Shown here: one piece after another, positions 15,989 through 27,809 of the stretch | How the letters are laid out: every line of letters starts with the position of its first letter | Position numbering within the stretch: position 1 is the first letter of the stretch | Assembly (NCBI GenBank): GCA_017440275.1 | Contig: JAFSHN010000027.1 | Coordinates: 2,618-66,617 of the forward strand | Source: Bacillota bacterium | Lineage (GTDB): Bacteria > Bacillota > Clostridia > Peptostreptococcales > Anaerovoracaceae | Reading direction: 5' to 3' | Length of the DNA: 64,000 nucleotides | Position numbers and translations under genes: made by a program | Notes under the pieces: generated by a model | Told to the model about the DNA's origin: nothing | Database searches by the model: none | What the model saw: the letters and a program-made list of their open reading frames with translations, nothing else

Positions 15989-16912
15989 TCATAAATAAAA
16001 CATATTTTTCATATATTCAACCCTCACCTCGATTGCCTTCTGTGTTGTCTTTGCATTCCATACAATATCGAAGCCGTGCATGGTTCCGCGAGTTTCATTT
16101 AAAACCACCGGCACATTGGCTGCTTGAAGGGCCTTGGCGTAATTTACTCCCTCATCGTGAAGGCAGTCGAATTCTGCCGTTTCTACGTAGGCAGGCGGTA
16201 GTTCCTCAAAGGTTTCAGCTTCCATTGGTGATGCGTATGCCAAATTAGTCGGCTTTTCATCTTGAACGTAACCCAGCCACATCTTTTTAGAAAGCCTGCT
16301 GTTCCACATAGGTGTGTCAGTGAATCTGCGATTAGATTCAGTGTTCATTCTGCGGTCAGTAACAGGGTAGACTAAAAGCTGAAAAAGTGGCTGTTGTGTG
16401 TTTCTGTCGCGAGCCATTTGACACACTGCTGCAGCAAGTGCTCCACCGGCACTGTCGCCGCCAACGGCTATTTTTGTTTCGTCTATGTTAAAGTGCTCTG
16501 CGTTCTCAAACACCCAGTTCAAAGCGGCGTAGCAATCTTCGGCAGGAACCGGATGTGAGTATTTTGGTGCTAACCTATATTGCACAAAAACAACTTTACA
16601 AGGAGTCTCCAGGGCATAAAGCTTTGCCAGCTTGTAATGGTAACCCGCACCTTCGAAAAAGAATCCACCGCCGTGATAATATACCAGGCACGGACAAGGC
16701 TCCTCCAGGCCGTAAGGCTCAAAGGTATAGCAGTTTATATCTGCACCGTCATAACCTGTGATGGTGTGTTTTGTTATAAGTATCTCGTGATCTTTGTGAA
16801 TCCATCTCGGAGGTCTCATTTTGGACCCCATCCATCCAGCCATCTGAGCATTCTGAATGGGTGGAGCAATCATTGAAAATGGAAAGAATTCTTTGTTAAT
16901 TGGATATTTCAT
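15989..16912 (-). CDS. alpha/beta hydrolase (hormone-sensitive-lipase-type carboxylesterase)
   Basis: HGGG oxyanion motif (VYYHGGGFFFEG), nucleophile elbow GDSAGG, and a C-terminal HGF. Confidence 0.85.
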   Translation of the reverse strand: MKYPINKEFFPFSMIAPPIQNAQMAGWMGSKMRPPRWIHKDHEILITKHTITGYDGADINCYTFEPYGLEEPCPCLVYYHGGGFFFEGAGYHYKLAKLYALETPCKVVFVQYRLAPKYSHPVPAEDCYAALNWVFENAEHFNIDETKIAVGGDSAGGALAAAVCQMARDRNTQQPLFQLLVYPVTDRRMNTESNRRFTDTPMWNSRLSKKMWLGYVQDEKPTNLAYASPMEAETFEELPPAYVETAEFDCLHDEGVNYAKALQAANVPVVLNETRGTMHGFDIVWNAKTTQKAIEVRVEYMKNMFYL

Positions 16913-16985
16913 ATTTGTTTCCCTCCTTTTTTTATCCTACCACACACAGCGGCCGCATACAATAACTTACATTTTTCCCGTAAAT

Positions 16986-17025
16986 ATAAAAATTCGACAC
17001 CTAAAAAGATGTCGAATTGATTTTT
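16986..17025 (-). terminator. terminator after trpS (bidirectional hairpin)
   Basis: AATTCGACA (16991-16999) pairs with TGTCGAATT (17010-17018). Flanked by an A-run and a T-run, so a U-tail is available on the minus-strand transcript. Confidence 0.6.
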
Positions 17026-17029
17026 CATA

Positions 17030-18010
17030 TTATCTGCCCAGGCCGAAATTTTCTTTAACTCTTGCCATTGTCTTCTTTGCGATGGCATCGGCCTTCTGTG
17101 CGCCTTCTTCCAGAACGTCAAGAAGTTCCTGTGAGTGTCTGATTTCTTCGTAACGAGCTTTGATTGGTGCCAGAGCGTTGACTGTAACTTCAACTAAATC
17201 CTTCTTGAAGTCGCCGTAGCCCTTGCCTTCGTACTTCTTTTCCAGGTCCTCGATGCTGATGCCGGAAAGTACGCTGTAGATTGTCAGCAGGTTACTAATA
17301 CCTGGCTTATTTTCAACGTCGTAGCGGATGATGCCTTCGGAGTCAGTAGTCGCTTTCATAATGGACTTCTTAATCTTGGAAGGTTCGTCCAGCAGAGAAA
17401 TTCTTGAGTGGATGTTTTCAGCACTCTTACTCATTTTCTTTGTAGGATCGTCCAGAGCCATAATTCTTGCGCCGGCCTTTAAGAATCTGCCGTCAGGTAC
17501 TACGAAAGTATCCTTGTATTTGCCGTTGATTCTGATTGCCAGGTCGCGGCAAAGCTCAATGTGCTGCTTCTGGTCGTTTCCTACAGGAACAATATCAGTG
17601 TCGTAGAGCAGGATGTCTGCAGCCATCAGAACTGGATATGTGAAAAGTCCTGTTGGCGCGGATTCTTTATTCTTGCTCTTGTCTTTGAACTGAGTCATTC
17701 TGGACAGTTCTCCTGTATAGGAGTTGCAAGTAAGAACCCAGGACAGTTCAGAGTGTCCGGAAACGTCGGACTGTACGAAAACGATGGATTTTTTAGGATC
17801 AATACCTACTGCAAGGTAAAGAGCTGCCACATCTAAAATGTGTTCTCTCAGTGCTTTTGGATCCTGAGGAACTGTAATTGCGTGTAAGTCTACGATGCAA
17901 TAGAGGCATTCGTGATCATCTTGTAATTCCACAAACTGCTTAAGAGCTCCCAAGTAGTTACCGAGGTGGATGTTTCCTGTTGGCTGAACGCCGGAAAAAA
18001 CTCTCTTCAT
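17030..18010 (-). CDS. trpS: tryptophan--tRNA ligase
   Basis: Class I motifs GNIHLGNY (HIGH-type) and KMSKS. 326 aa. Its ATG overlaps the upstream sigma-factor TGA (ATGA at 18007-18010). Confidence 0.9.
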   Translation of the reverse strand: MKRVFSGVQPTGNIHLGNYLGALKQFVELQDDHECLYCIVDLHAITVPQDPKALREHILDVAALYLAVGIDPKKSIVFVQSDVSGHSELSWVLTCNSYTGELSRMTQFKDKSKNKESAPTGLFTYPVLMAADILLYDTDIVPVGNDQKQHIELCRDLAIRINGKYKDTFVVPDGRFLKAGARIMALDDPTKKMSKSAENIHSRISLLDEPSKIKKSIMKATTDSEGIIRYDVENKPGISNLLTIYSVLSGISIEDLEKKYEGKGYGDFKKDLVEVTVNALAPIKARYEEIRHSQELLDVLEEGAQKADAIAKKTMARVKENFGLGR

Positions 18011-18735
18011 TGTAAGTTTCCTTCTTTCTTAAATTGCTCTATAATGCTTTTTTCTGCACGTGAAATAGTCATCTGAGAAACGCCCAGCTCTTCGGCGATT
18101 GCCGCTTGAGATTTGTTCTCGATGAATCTCATTTTAAAAATATGTCTGTAGGTATCGCTGAACTGACTGAGAACATTGCTTATGATTTCTCTGATTTCAA
18201 TTCGCTCAAAACCCATATCTTCAAAACCGATGTATTGCTCAAGAGGGCTTTCATCGTTATCGTCATTTGCACCGGCACTTTCCAGAGAAAATGTGCCGTA
18301 TGCCTTGGAACTTTCCAAAGCCTGCAAAATCTGTTCATGTGTAAAGCCGGTTACTTCTGCAATTTCATCTATGCTTGGCGTTCTGCCAAGTTCTACGCTC
18401 AAAGCACTTTTCACATCCTGAACTTTGGAAGCGATTTCTTTGAGCCTTCTTGGAACCTTGAGGCTCCATTGTTTGTCGCGGAAATACTTTTTAATCTCTC
18501 CCAGAATAGTTGGTGTAGCAAAACTCTTAAATTCGAAACCCTTTGACGGATCAAAGCGCTCTACTGCCGTAACGAGGGCCAACGCTCCTACCTGGTAAAG
18601 GTCGTCGTAATCGACGCCCTTACCGAGATATTTTCTGATCAAGATATCAACCATGTACAGATTTTCTTCTACAATCTGATTTCTGAGTTCAATAGTTGGA
18701 TTTTCCACGTACAGGTTGAATTGTTCCAAACTCAT
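18007..18735 (-). CDS. alternative sigma factor, SigB/SigF/SigG subfamily (closest in pattern to SigB)
   Basis: Region 2 (DLYQVGALALVTAVERFDP, TPTILGEIKKYFRDKQWSLKVPRRLKE) and region 4 (IENKSQAAIAEELGVSQMTISRAEK) parallel B. subtilis SigB motifs. Confidence 0.85.
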   Translation of the reverse strand: MSLEQFNLYVENPTIELRNQIVEENLYMVDILIRKYLGKGVDYDDLYQVGALALVTAVERFDPSKGFEFKSFATPTILGEIKKYFRDKQWSLKVPRRLKEIASKVQDVKSALSVELGRTPSIDEIAEVTGFTHEQILQALESSKAYGTFSLESAGANDDNDESPLEQYIGFEDMGFERIEIREIISNVLSQFSDTYRHIFKMRFIENKSQAAIAEELGVSQMTISRAEKSIIEQFKKEGNLQ

Positions 18736-18737
18736 TG

Positions 18738-19139
18738 CTACTTTTCCTTTATCATTCTGATGGATTTTTTGCCGCGAGGATTATCGATGAGTTCAACCTT
18801 TGTCATCAAAGACTGAATTACGAAAAATCCCAGATTGCCTTCGTTTGGACAATCAAGGCAAGGTTTCTTAGTCTTTTCAATAGTGTGGTCTGAACTAAGG
18901 TCGTCTACTGTGATTTCCATACGTCCTTCTTCTACGATACATTCAATCTGACACGCATCAGCGAAAGCGTCTGAACCGTGGCAGCTGATATTTTTGCAAG
19001 CTTCTGCAACAGCAGTCTTAATGTCTTCGATCTGTTCGATGTTAAAGCCTGCAGTATCTGCAATTGAACCTATGGACAATCTTATCATCGTCATATATTC
19101 CGGTTTTCCGGGAATGACAAATTTTAAAGTATCTGCCAT
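18738..19139 (-). CDS. anti-sigma factor, RsbW/SpoIIAB-like (HATPase_c fold)
   Basis: IPGKPEYMTMIRLSIGSIADTAGF...IEDIKTAVAEACKNI parallels the RsbW N-terminus and N-box. The G2-like GNLGFFVIQSLM is present. The position of the DxGxG box reads DDLSSD. Confidence 0.7.
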   Translation of the reverse strand: MADTLKFVIPGKPEYMTMIRLSIGSIADTAGFNIEQIEDIKTAVAEACKNISCHGSDAFADACQIECIVEEGRMEITVDDLSSDHTIEKTKKPCLDCPNEGNLGFFVIQSLMTKVELIDNPRGKKSIRMIKEK

Positions 19140-19160
19140 TTTAGGCCTCCTTTTGGCGAA

Positions 19161-21665
19161 CTATTTTAATTCTAACTGTTCGCCTTCTTTATTGTCTTCT
19201 TTTATATCGTCTTTAGCCAATTCTTTTTCAAGATCCTTGTCACGACCTACCTTTGCAAGAGCTATGATGTTTGCATCTCCTGCAACGCTCATAATCTTAA
19301 CACCCTGTGTAGCTCGTCCGAGTCTTGAAACTTCCTTAGCTTCCATTCTTATAATAATACCGTCGGAGTTGATGAGCATAATGTCGTCTTCATCGTCAAC
19401 TACCATTGCACCTACCAGCTCTCCGGTCTTCTTAAACTTAGCCTTATCGTAAGTCAATACGCCCTTGCCGCCGCGAACCTGAGTCTTGTATTCTTCAACC
19501 TTGGTTCTCTTACCGAAGCCCTTCTGTGTTACAACCAGAAGTTCCTGACCCGGTTCAACAAGTTCCATTGCAACTACTTCATCATCGCCTTCCAGTTTGA
19601 TTGCACGAACACCTCCGGCGATTCTGCCCATTGGACGTACATCTTCTTCAGAGAATGCAATGCATTTACCGTGTTTAGTTACGATGATAACCTTGTTCTT
19701 ACCTGTAGTCTGCTTGATTCCGATGAGTTCATCGTCATCCTTCAGATTCATGGCAATGAGTCCGGTCTTTCGGTTTGTATCAAAGTTTGCTAAGGATGTT
19801 TTCTTAATTGTACCGTTCTTTGTAACGGCAATTAAGAATTTATCTTCTGCAAATTCCTTGATTGGAATTACTGCTGTTATTCTTTCTCTCTGGAGCAGAT
19901 TCAGGAAGTTAACTGCAGGTGTTCCCTTTGCTGTTCTTGTTGCTTCCGGAATTTCGTAAGCTTTGAGTCTGTGGGCCTTACCTGTGTTAGTGAAGAACAT
20001 CAGGTAATCGTGAGTTGAAGTCATAATCATATTCTTTACAAAGTCGTTTTCACGAGTTGTAATTCCTGTAATGCCTTTTCCCCCACGGCGCTGTGCTCTG
20101 TATGTGTCTACAGGAACTCTCTTGATATATCCAAGATGAGTTAATGTTACACAAACCTTTTCTTCTTCGATTAAGTCTTCTTCTTCCAGTTCTTCAGCAT
20201 CAGCCTTAATTTTAGTTTTTCTCTTATCTCCCCACTTGCCTTTGATTTCAAGAAGTTCGTCTTTGATTACGCCCATTAACTTCTTTTCATCAGCAAGAAG
20301 TTCTGCATAATAAGCAATTTTCTTGAGGAGTTCTTCGTATTCGTTCTGAATCTTTTCTTTTTCCAGTCCTTGTAATCTACGCAGCTGCATATCTAAAATT
20401 GCCTGTGCCTGGATTTCGGAAAGCTGGAATCTATCCATCAGTTTTTCTTTAGCATCGTTATAGCTGCTTCTGATAATTTTGATAATTTCATCAATATTAT
20501 CAAGTGCGATGAGGTAACCTTCTAAAATATGAGCTCTCGCTTCAGCTTTTTTCTTGTCGTAGATAGTTCTTCTTGTTACGACTTCTTTCTGGTGCTTCAG
20601 ATATTCTATAATAATTTCTCTTAGATTGAGAACTTTAGGTCTTCCATCAACAAGAGCCAGCATAATCATAGAAATGCTGTCCTGCATCTGAGTATGCTTA
20701 TAAAGTCTGTTGAGGATTATATTTGCATTGGCATCACGCTTAAGTTCGATGACGATACGCATACCTTTACGGTTAGATTCGTCACGAAGGTCTGTGATAC
20801 CTTCAATTTTCTTATCATTTACCAGTTCGGCAATCTTTTCGATGAGTCTCGCCTTATTAACCTGATAAGGAATTTCTGTAACAACTATCTGCTGCTTACC
20901 GCGTGCTGCTTCTTCGATTGTTGTTACGGCTCTTACAATTGCCTTACCCTGACCTGTACGATAAGCTTCTCTCATCGGACCTTTGCCCATGATCATAGCG
21001 CCTGTAGGGAAGTCAGGTCCCTTAACAATTTTGATTAAATCTTCAACTGTTGATTCAGGTTCATCAATTAATTTAACACAGGCATCAATTACTTCTCCAA
21101 GATTGTGCGGAGGAATTGAAGTTGCCATACCTACGGCTATACCGTTGGAACCGTTAACCAAAAGGTTAGGAATTCTTGCAGGAAGAACAACAGGTTCTTT
21201 TTCTTCGCCGTCGAAGTTTGGCATAAAGTCAACTGTGTCTTTGTCTAAATCTCTCAGCATCTGCAGAGCAAGAGGAGTCATTCTTGCTTCTGTATAACGC
21301 ATTGCCGCAGCACCGTCGCCGTCAACGGAACCAAAGTTACCGTGACCATCAACCAGAGGGTAATGTGTGTTAAATGGCTGAGCAAGTCTTACCATAGCGT
21401 CGTAAATTGAAGAGTCACCATGAGGGTGATACTTACCCATTACTTCACCGACGATACGGGCAGACTTCTTATGAGGCTTGTCCGGAGTAACTCCGAGGCC
21501 ATCCATACCGTAAAGAATTCTTCTGTGAACCGGCTTCAGACCGTCTCTTACATCAGGAAGGGCACGGCCTACGATAACGCTCATAGCGTAGTCGATATAA
21601 GAGTTTTGCATTTCATCGTTGATTTCGTGCTGAATCAACTTTTGATCTTCTAAAAATGTCGCCAT
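19161..21665 (-). CDS. gyrA: DNA gyrase subunit A
   Basis: [10 protein letters not shown] catalytic-Tyr motif, QRRGGKG GyrA box, 834 aa, adjacent to gyrB. Confidence 0.95.
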   Translation of the reverse strand: MATFLEDQKLIQHEINDEMQNSYIDYAMSVIVGRALPDVRDGLKPVHRRILYGMDGLGVTPDKPHKKSARIVGEVMGKYHPHGDSSIYDAMVRLAQPFNTHYPLVDGHGNFGSVDGDGAAAMRYTEARMTPLALQMLRDLDKDTVDFMPNFDGEEKEPVVLPARIPNLLVNGSNGIAVGMATSIPPHNLGEVIDACVKLIDEPESTVEDLIKIVKGPDFPTGAMIMGKGPMREAYRTGQGKAIVRAVTTIEEAARGKQQIVVTEIPYQVNKARLIEKIAELVNDKKIEGITDLRDESNRKGMRIVIELKRDANANIILNRLYKHTQMQDSISMIMLALVDGRPKVLNLREIIIEYLKHQKEVVTRRTIYDKKKAEARAHILEGYLIALDNIDEIIKIIRSSYNDAKEKLMDRFQLSEIQAQAILDMQLRRLQGLEKEKIQNEYEELLKKIAYYAELLADEKKLMGVIKDELLEIKGKWGDKRKTKIKADAEELEEEDLIEEEKVCVTLTHLGYIKRVPVDTYRAQRRGGKGITGITTRENDFVKNMIMTSTHDYLMFFTNTGKAHRLKAYEIPEATRTAKGTPAVNFLNLLQRERITAVIPIKEFAEDKFLIAVTKNGTIKKTSLANFDTNRKTGLIAMNLKDDDELIGIKQTTGKNKVIIVTKHGKCIAFSEEDVRPMGRIAGGVRAIKLEGDDEVVAMELVEPGQELLVVTQKGFGKRTKVEEYKTQVRGGKGVLTYDKAKFKKTGELVGAMVVDDEDDIMLINSDGIIIRMEAKEVSRLGRATQGVKIMSVAGDANIIALAKVGRDKDLEKELAKDDIKEDNKEGEQLELK

Positions 21666-21685
21666 CTTAAATTAGCCCTCCTTCC

Positions 21686-23608
<1,923 letters not shown>

Positions 23609-23804
23609 TTAATCACCTATTTTTCTGTTAATATTTAGTAAAAATCCACAAAAATATGGATATATCATTATAGCATAAAAACGTCAAAATTACTATATTT
23701 TTTATTATTTTTGAAATTTTTTATTAAATTTTATTTTTATACGTCTTAAATCTAAAATTTTACATTAAAAAAGCCTTAATTTACATTAGATATATATCTA
23801 TAAA

Positions 23805-24890
23805 TTAAAGCTTTATTTTACCATTTTCGACAGTATATATTTTTCCTTTTGAAATTACTTCTCTGAGACTGTCTGTTATTTCAGTTGTAGTTATAAAAAG
23901 TTGAATATCCGATAGAGATTTTATTAAAAATTCCTGTCTTGTTGCATCCAGTTCTGACATTACATCATCAAGTAAAAGAATAGCACTTTCGCCGGTTTCT
24001 TCTTTAATTAAATTAAGCTCTGCCAATTTAAGCGAAAGAGCTGCTGTTCGCTGCTGTCCTTGTGAACCGAAACTTCTTACATTTATTTCATTTATATAAA
24101 ATTCTATATCGTCTCTATGTGGACCTTTTGTAGTTGTGCGAAGTCTTAAATCATTTTGACGGGATTCTTTTAAAATATCAAATACTTTTTCTTCAAGTTT
24201 TTCCTGATTTTTTATATTAGGACTATATTCTATTTTTAAATTTTCTTTTCCATTTGTTATATTAGAATGAATTTTATTACTTATTATATTGATTTTTTTT
24301 ATAAAATCCTCTCTCATTGAAATTATAGCTGCACCATATTTAGCCAACTGCATATCCCATATATCAAGAATTGAAGGTTCTATATTATACTCTTTTAAAT
24401 AAGTGTTTCTTTGATTTAAAACTTTTTTATAATTGGATAGGGCATCATAATATGAAGGTCTGAGAGTACACAATTCTTTATCTATAAATTTTCGCCGCTT
24501 TTCCGGTTCATCTTTTACTATTTTGAGATCTTCAGGCGAAAAAATAACAATATATATATTTTCAAGAAGCTCAGAAGTTTTTGAAATATTAACTCCATTT
24601 ACTTTAATTGATTTACCTAAGTCCTTTTTTAGAGTAATTTCAACATCTACAGGAAATAATTCTTTTTCTCCTTTTACCTTCACTTTAAAGAAATCTTTAT
24701 CAAATCCTATCATTTCATTATCACGGGATGTTCTGAAAGATTTTCCTATGGAAGATAAATAGATGCCCTCGAGAAGATTAGTCTTCCCTTGGGCATTATT
24801 TCCTATAATGAAGTTTACATTCTCATTAAATTCGAGATGAAGATCATCATAATTTCTGAAATTTTTAAGTTCTATTTCTTTTATATACAT
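23805..24890 (-). CDS. recF: DNA replication/repair protein RecF
   Basis: Walker A GNNAQGKTNLLE, signature FGSQGQQRTAALSLKLA, Walker B LLLDDVMSELD. Confidence 0.9.
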   Translation of the reverse strand: MYIKEIELKNFRNYDDLHLEFNENVNFIIGNNAQGKTNLLEGIYLSSIGKSFRTSRDNEMIGFDKDFFKVKVKGEKELFPVDVEITLKKDLGKSIKVNGVNISKTSELLENIYIVIFSPEDLKIVKDEPEKRRKFIDKELCTLRPSYYDALSNYKKVLNQRNTYLKEYNIEPSILDIWDMQLAKYGAAIISMREDFIKKINIISNKIHSNITNGKENLKIEYSPNIKNQEKLEEKVFDILKESRQNDLRLRTTTKGPHRDDIEFYINEINVRSFGSQGQQRTAALSLKLAELNLIKEETGESAILLLDDVMSELDATRQEFLIKSLSDIQLFITTTEITDSLREVISKGKIYTVENGKIKL

Positions 24891-24893
24891 TAT

Positions 24894-26006
24894 TTATTGA
24901 CCTAATCTTACAGGTAAAATTAAATATTCGAAGTAGTTGCCCATAATAGGTTTAACCAGACAAGGGCTTACATTTGTATTAAATAATAATGTAATTTCTT
25001 CGTCATCAACAACTTTTAAAACATCAATTAGATATTTAGAGTTAAATCCAATTGTTAAATCATTTCCTTCTTTAGTAACAATAACTGTTTCTTTTACATT
25101 TCCTTCTTCGGATTTTGATGTAATTTCAATAGTAGAATCTTTAATATCTAATTTAACAAGATTATTCTTTCCTACTTTTGCAAGAAGTGAAGCTCTTTCT
25201 ACACTATTTAAGAAGTCACTTTTATTAAGAACAACTTTACAAGCACTGTCTTGAGGAATAATTCTCTTATAGTTCATAAATTCTCCTTCAAGAAGTCTTA
25301 AAACAACTTTTGTATCTTCTAATACAAATACAGCTTTCTTTTTGCTTAATAAAAGTGTTACATCTTCATTATCAATTTCGGATTCAGAAATAATTCTGCT
25401 TATTTCATTTAGAATCTTTGCAGGAATGATGATGTTTTCTTTCTTTTTATTCTTCATCATTTCTCTTGAAATAGCCATTCTGAAACCGTCAATAGCTATC
25501 ATATTAAGACTTTCTTCTTCCATTTCAATAAGAACGCCGGTAATAACACCTTTGTTTTCATCAATACTTGCTGCAAAAGAAGTCTTTTTAATCATATCTT
25601 TTAATATTTCTTTATTGAATAAGATAGTTTCCTGATTATCTTCTGTAGGATTTATATTTGGAAATTCATCTGCTGCAAGTCCTATAATATTAAATTCAGA
25701 ATTTGAGCATTTAATATTAACTTTTCCGTTTTCTTCTTCTATAGTTATTTTTTCATCCGGTAATTTTCTTACGATATCACCAAACAATTTTGAAAGTACA
25801 ACAATTGAACCTTCTTTAGCATCTGAAACCTGGATTTTCTTTTCAATGCTAAGATCAAGATCTGATGCTGACATTGTTAATATACCGTTTGCGTCTACCT
25901 TTAAAAGAATTCCTTTTAAAATAGGAATAGTTGTTCTAGCTGTTACTGCTTTTGAAACTATATTTAAAGCTTTTGCTAATGTATTTTGATTACATGAAAA
26001 TTTCAT
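24894..26006 (-). CDS. dnaN: DNA polymerase III beta sliding clamp
   Basis: 370 aa with a three-domain clamp pattern. N-terminus MKFSCNQNTLAKAL...TIPILKGILL. Position between dnaA and recF. Confidence 0.9.
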   Translation of the reverse strand: MKFSCNQNTLAKALNIVSKAVTARTTIPILKGILLKVDANGILTMSASDLDLSIEKKIQVSDAKEGSIVVLSKLFGDIVRKLPDEKITIEEENGKVNIKCSNSEFNIIGLAADEFPNINPTEDNQETILFNKEILKDMIKKTSFAASIDENKGVITGVLIEMEEESLNMIAIDGFRMAISREMMKNKKKENIIIPAKILNEISRIISESEIDNEDVTLLLSKKKAVFVLEDTKVVLRLLEGEFMNYKRIIPQDSACKVVLNKSDFLNSVERASLLAKVGKNNLVKLDIKDSTIEITSKSEEGNVKETVIVTKEGNDLTIGFNSKYLIDVLKVVDDEEITLLFNTNVSPCLVKPIMGNYFEYLILPVRLGQ

Positions 26007-26009
26007 AAA

Positions 26010-26186
26010 TAACCTCCGCCAATTTATTATATTTATATTATTTGGTAGTAATAGTAGTAGTAGGGGCTGTGGATTCTGTGGAAAACTTGGTCAATTCCAC
26101 TGAAATCAGTACTCACAGCTTGTTAATAACCCTGTGGATAACTGGTAAATAAAATTATAATAACTTTAATAACTTTTGGATAAGTT
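26010..26186 (-). other. oriC: oriC unwinding module (dnaA-dnaN spacer)
   Basis: Reading from dnaA: TTTGGATAA (26175-26183); perfect TGTGGATAA (26133-26141); tandem TGTGGAAAA / TGTGGATTC (26068-26085); GC clamp GGGC (26064-26067); TAG TAA TAG TAG TAG TAG trios (26046-26063); AT tract (26010-26045). Confidence 0.8.
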
Positions 26187-27551
26187 TTATTCTCTTATTT
26201 CATCCATTATTTTGTTAATAATTTCTTTTAAATTTTTATCTAATTTAAGGTCATCATCAATTTTATTACATGCGTGTAAAACTGTTGTATAATGTTTACC
26301 TCCAAATACTTGTCCTATTTTAGGTAAAGAATAATCTGTCATTTCTCTTGTTATGTACATAGCAATTTGTCTAGGGTAAGCAATGTTGGCATTTCTTTTT
26401 GATGATTCCATATCAGTCATTTTTATACCATATTGTTTACATACTGCTTTTTTTATTTTTTCAGGAGTTACAACAGTTTCGCTTCCACTTAAAATATCGG
26501 TTAAAATCTTTCTTGCAAAAGCTTTATCAGGTTTTTCGTGCATTAATTTTGAAAATGTTATTACCCTTGTTAATGCACCTTCGAGTTCTCTTATATTATC
26601 CTTTATATTTTCAGCAATCAGGCATATAACATCATAAAATTCAGGATTTTCATCTAAATCTATATCACCTTCAGCTTTTTTTGATAAAATTGCTACTCTT
26701 GTTTCGTAGTCGGGTGGTTGAATATCAGCTATTAAGTTCCATTGGAATCTTGAACGAAGTCTTTCTTCAAGATTTACAAGTTTGTTTGGAGCTCTGTCAC
26801 TGGAAATGATTATTTGTTTGTTTGAATTGTAAAGCGAATTGAAAGTGTGGAAAAATTCTTCCTGAGTACTGTCTTTTCCTTCAAGAAACTGAATATCGTC
26901 AATTAGAAGTACATCTACTTTTCTGTATTTTGATTTAAATTCGTTCTGTTTGTTTTCTTTTAAAGCTTTAATAAGCTCGTTAGTGAACATTTCAGAAGAA
27001 ACATAAAGAACATTAAGTTCCGGATTGTTTTCCAAAAGATAAATTCCAATTGCGTGCATCAAATGAGTCTTACCAAGTCCTGATCCGCCATATATAAATA
27101 GAGGATTGTAGGATTCAGACGGTGACTCTGCAACTGCCAGGGCTGCTGCATGAGCGTATTTGTTACTCTTGCCGATGACGAAATTTTGGAAGTTATAATT
27201 AGGATTGAAAATCTTTTCTCTGTTGAAGGTTTTCTTTTTAGGTTTTATTTTTGCTTCTTCCTGTTTAAATTCTTCTGAAGAATATTGATCAGAACCTTTT
27301 ATAACTACACGATAATCTTCATTCAAGACATTTCTGAATGAATTTTCTAAAACTGTCATGTAGCGATTTTTTAAAGTTGAAATTGCAAAATCGCATCTTC
27401 TGTCTGTAGAATCTATTTCAAGATACACTATATTTAATTCTTTGTCTATTTTTCTCATCTTAAGAAGTGAAAACCAAGCATCATAGCTTGGACCCGGAAT
27501 AGAATCTTTCACTTTTAAGAGAACTTCTGACCAAATTTTATTATTACCCAT
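26187..27551 (-). CDS. dnaA: chromosomal replication initiator protein DnaA
   Basis: AAA+ Walker A GGSGLGKTHL, Walker B LLIDDIQF, C-terminal DnaA-box-binding helix AYPRQIAMYITRE. Confidence 0.95.
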   Translation of the reverse strand: MGNNKIWSEVLLKVKDSIPGPSYDAWFSLLKMRKIDKELNIVYLEIDSTDRRCDFAISTLKNRYMTVLENSFRNVLNEDYRVVIKGSDQYSSEEFKQEEAKIKPKKKTFNREKIFNPNYNFQNFVIGKSNKYAHAAALAVAESPSESYNPLFIYGGSGLGKTHLMHAIGIYLLENNPELNVLYVSSEMFTNELIKALKENKQNEFKSKYRKVDVLLIDDIQFLEGKDSTQEEFFHTFNSLYNSNKQIIISSDRAPNKLVNLEERLRSRFQWNLIADIQPPDYETRVAILSKKAEGDIDLDENPEFYDVICLIAENIKDNIRELEGALTRVITFSKLMHEKPDKAFARKILTDILSGSETVVTPEKIKKAVCKQYGIKMTDMESSKRNANIAYPRQIAMYITREMTDYSLPKIGQVFGGKHYTTVLHACNKIDDDLKLDKNLKEIINKIMDEIRE

Positions 27552-27605
27552 AAAATATTGACTCTCTTCTTAAAATTTTTTTGTATATATATTGTAAAAT
27601 AAAAG

Positions 27606-27682
27606 TTATCCACAAGCAAGTGTGAATTGTTTTTTATTGAAAAATAATATATTTAACAAACTTATCCACAGCCTGTGGATAA
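27606..27682. promoter_or_regulatory. DnaA-box cluster upstream of dnaA (second oriC half / dnaA autoregulation)
   Basis: Perfect TTATCCACA at 27606-27614 and 27662-27670. Perfect inverted TGTGGATAA at 27674-27682. Confidence 0.8.
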
Positions 27683-27706
27683 AGTTATGCATAAGTCAAA
27701 AGATTA

Positions 27707-27735
27707 TTGACATTTGAACATTTTCCTATTATAAT
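27707..27735 (+). promoter_or_regulatory. sigma-A promoter of rpmH-rnpA
   Basis: TTGACA (27707-27712), a 17-nt spacer, then TATAAT (27730-27735). Confidence 0.6.
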
Positions 27736-27809
27736 ATCATAGCGTATGTGCATAATTGGAATTTAGATTTGCACGAGAAAGATTTATATTCAGAAAGGAG
27801 TCTTCAAAA

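Noticed and set aside
23642-23664. DnaA-box-like AAATCCACA and the inverted ATATGGATA in the recF-gyrB spacer, as a possible third oriC box cluster.
   Set aside because: Both copies carry two or more mismatches and lie in 15-20 percent GC DNA, where such near-matches are frequent. They may still modulate the gyrB promoter, but I cannot support that.
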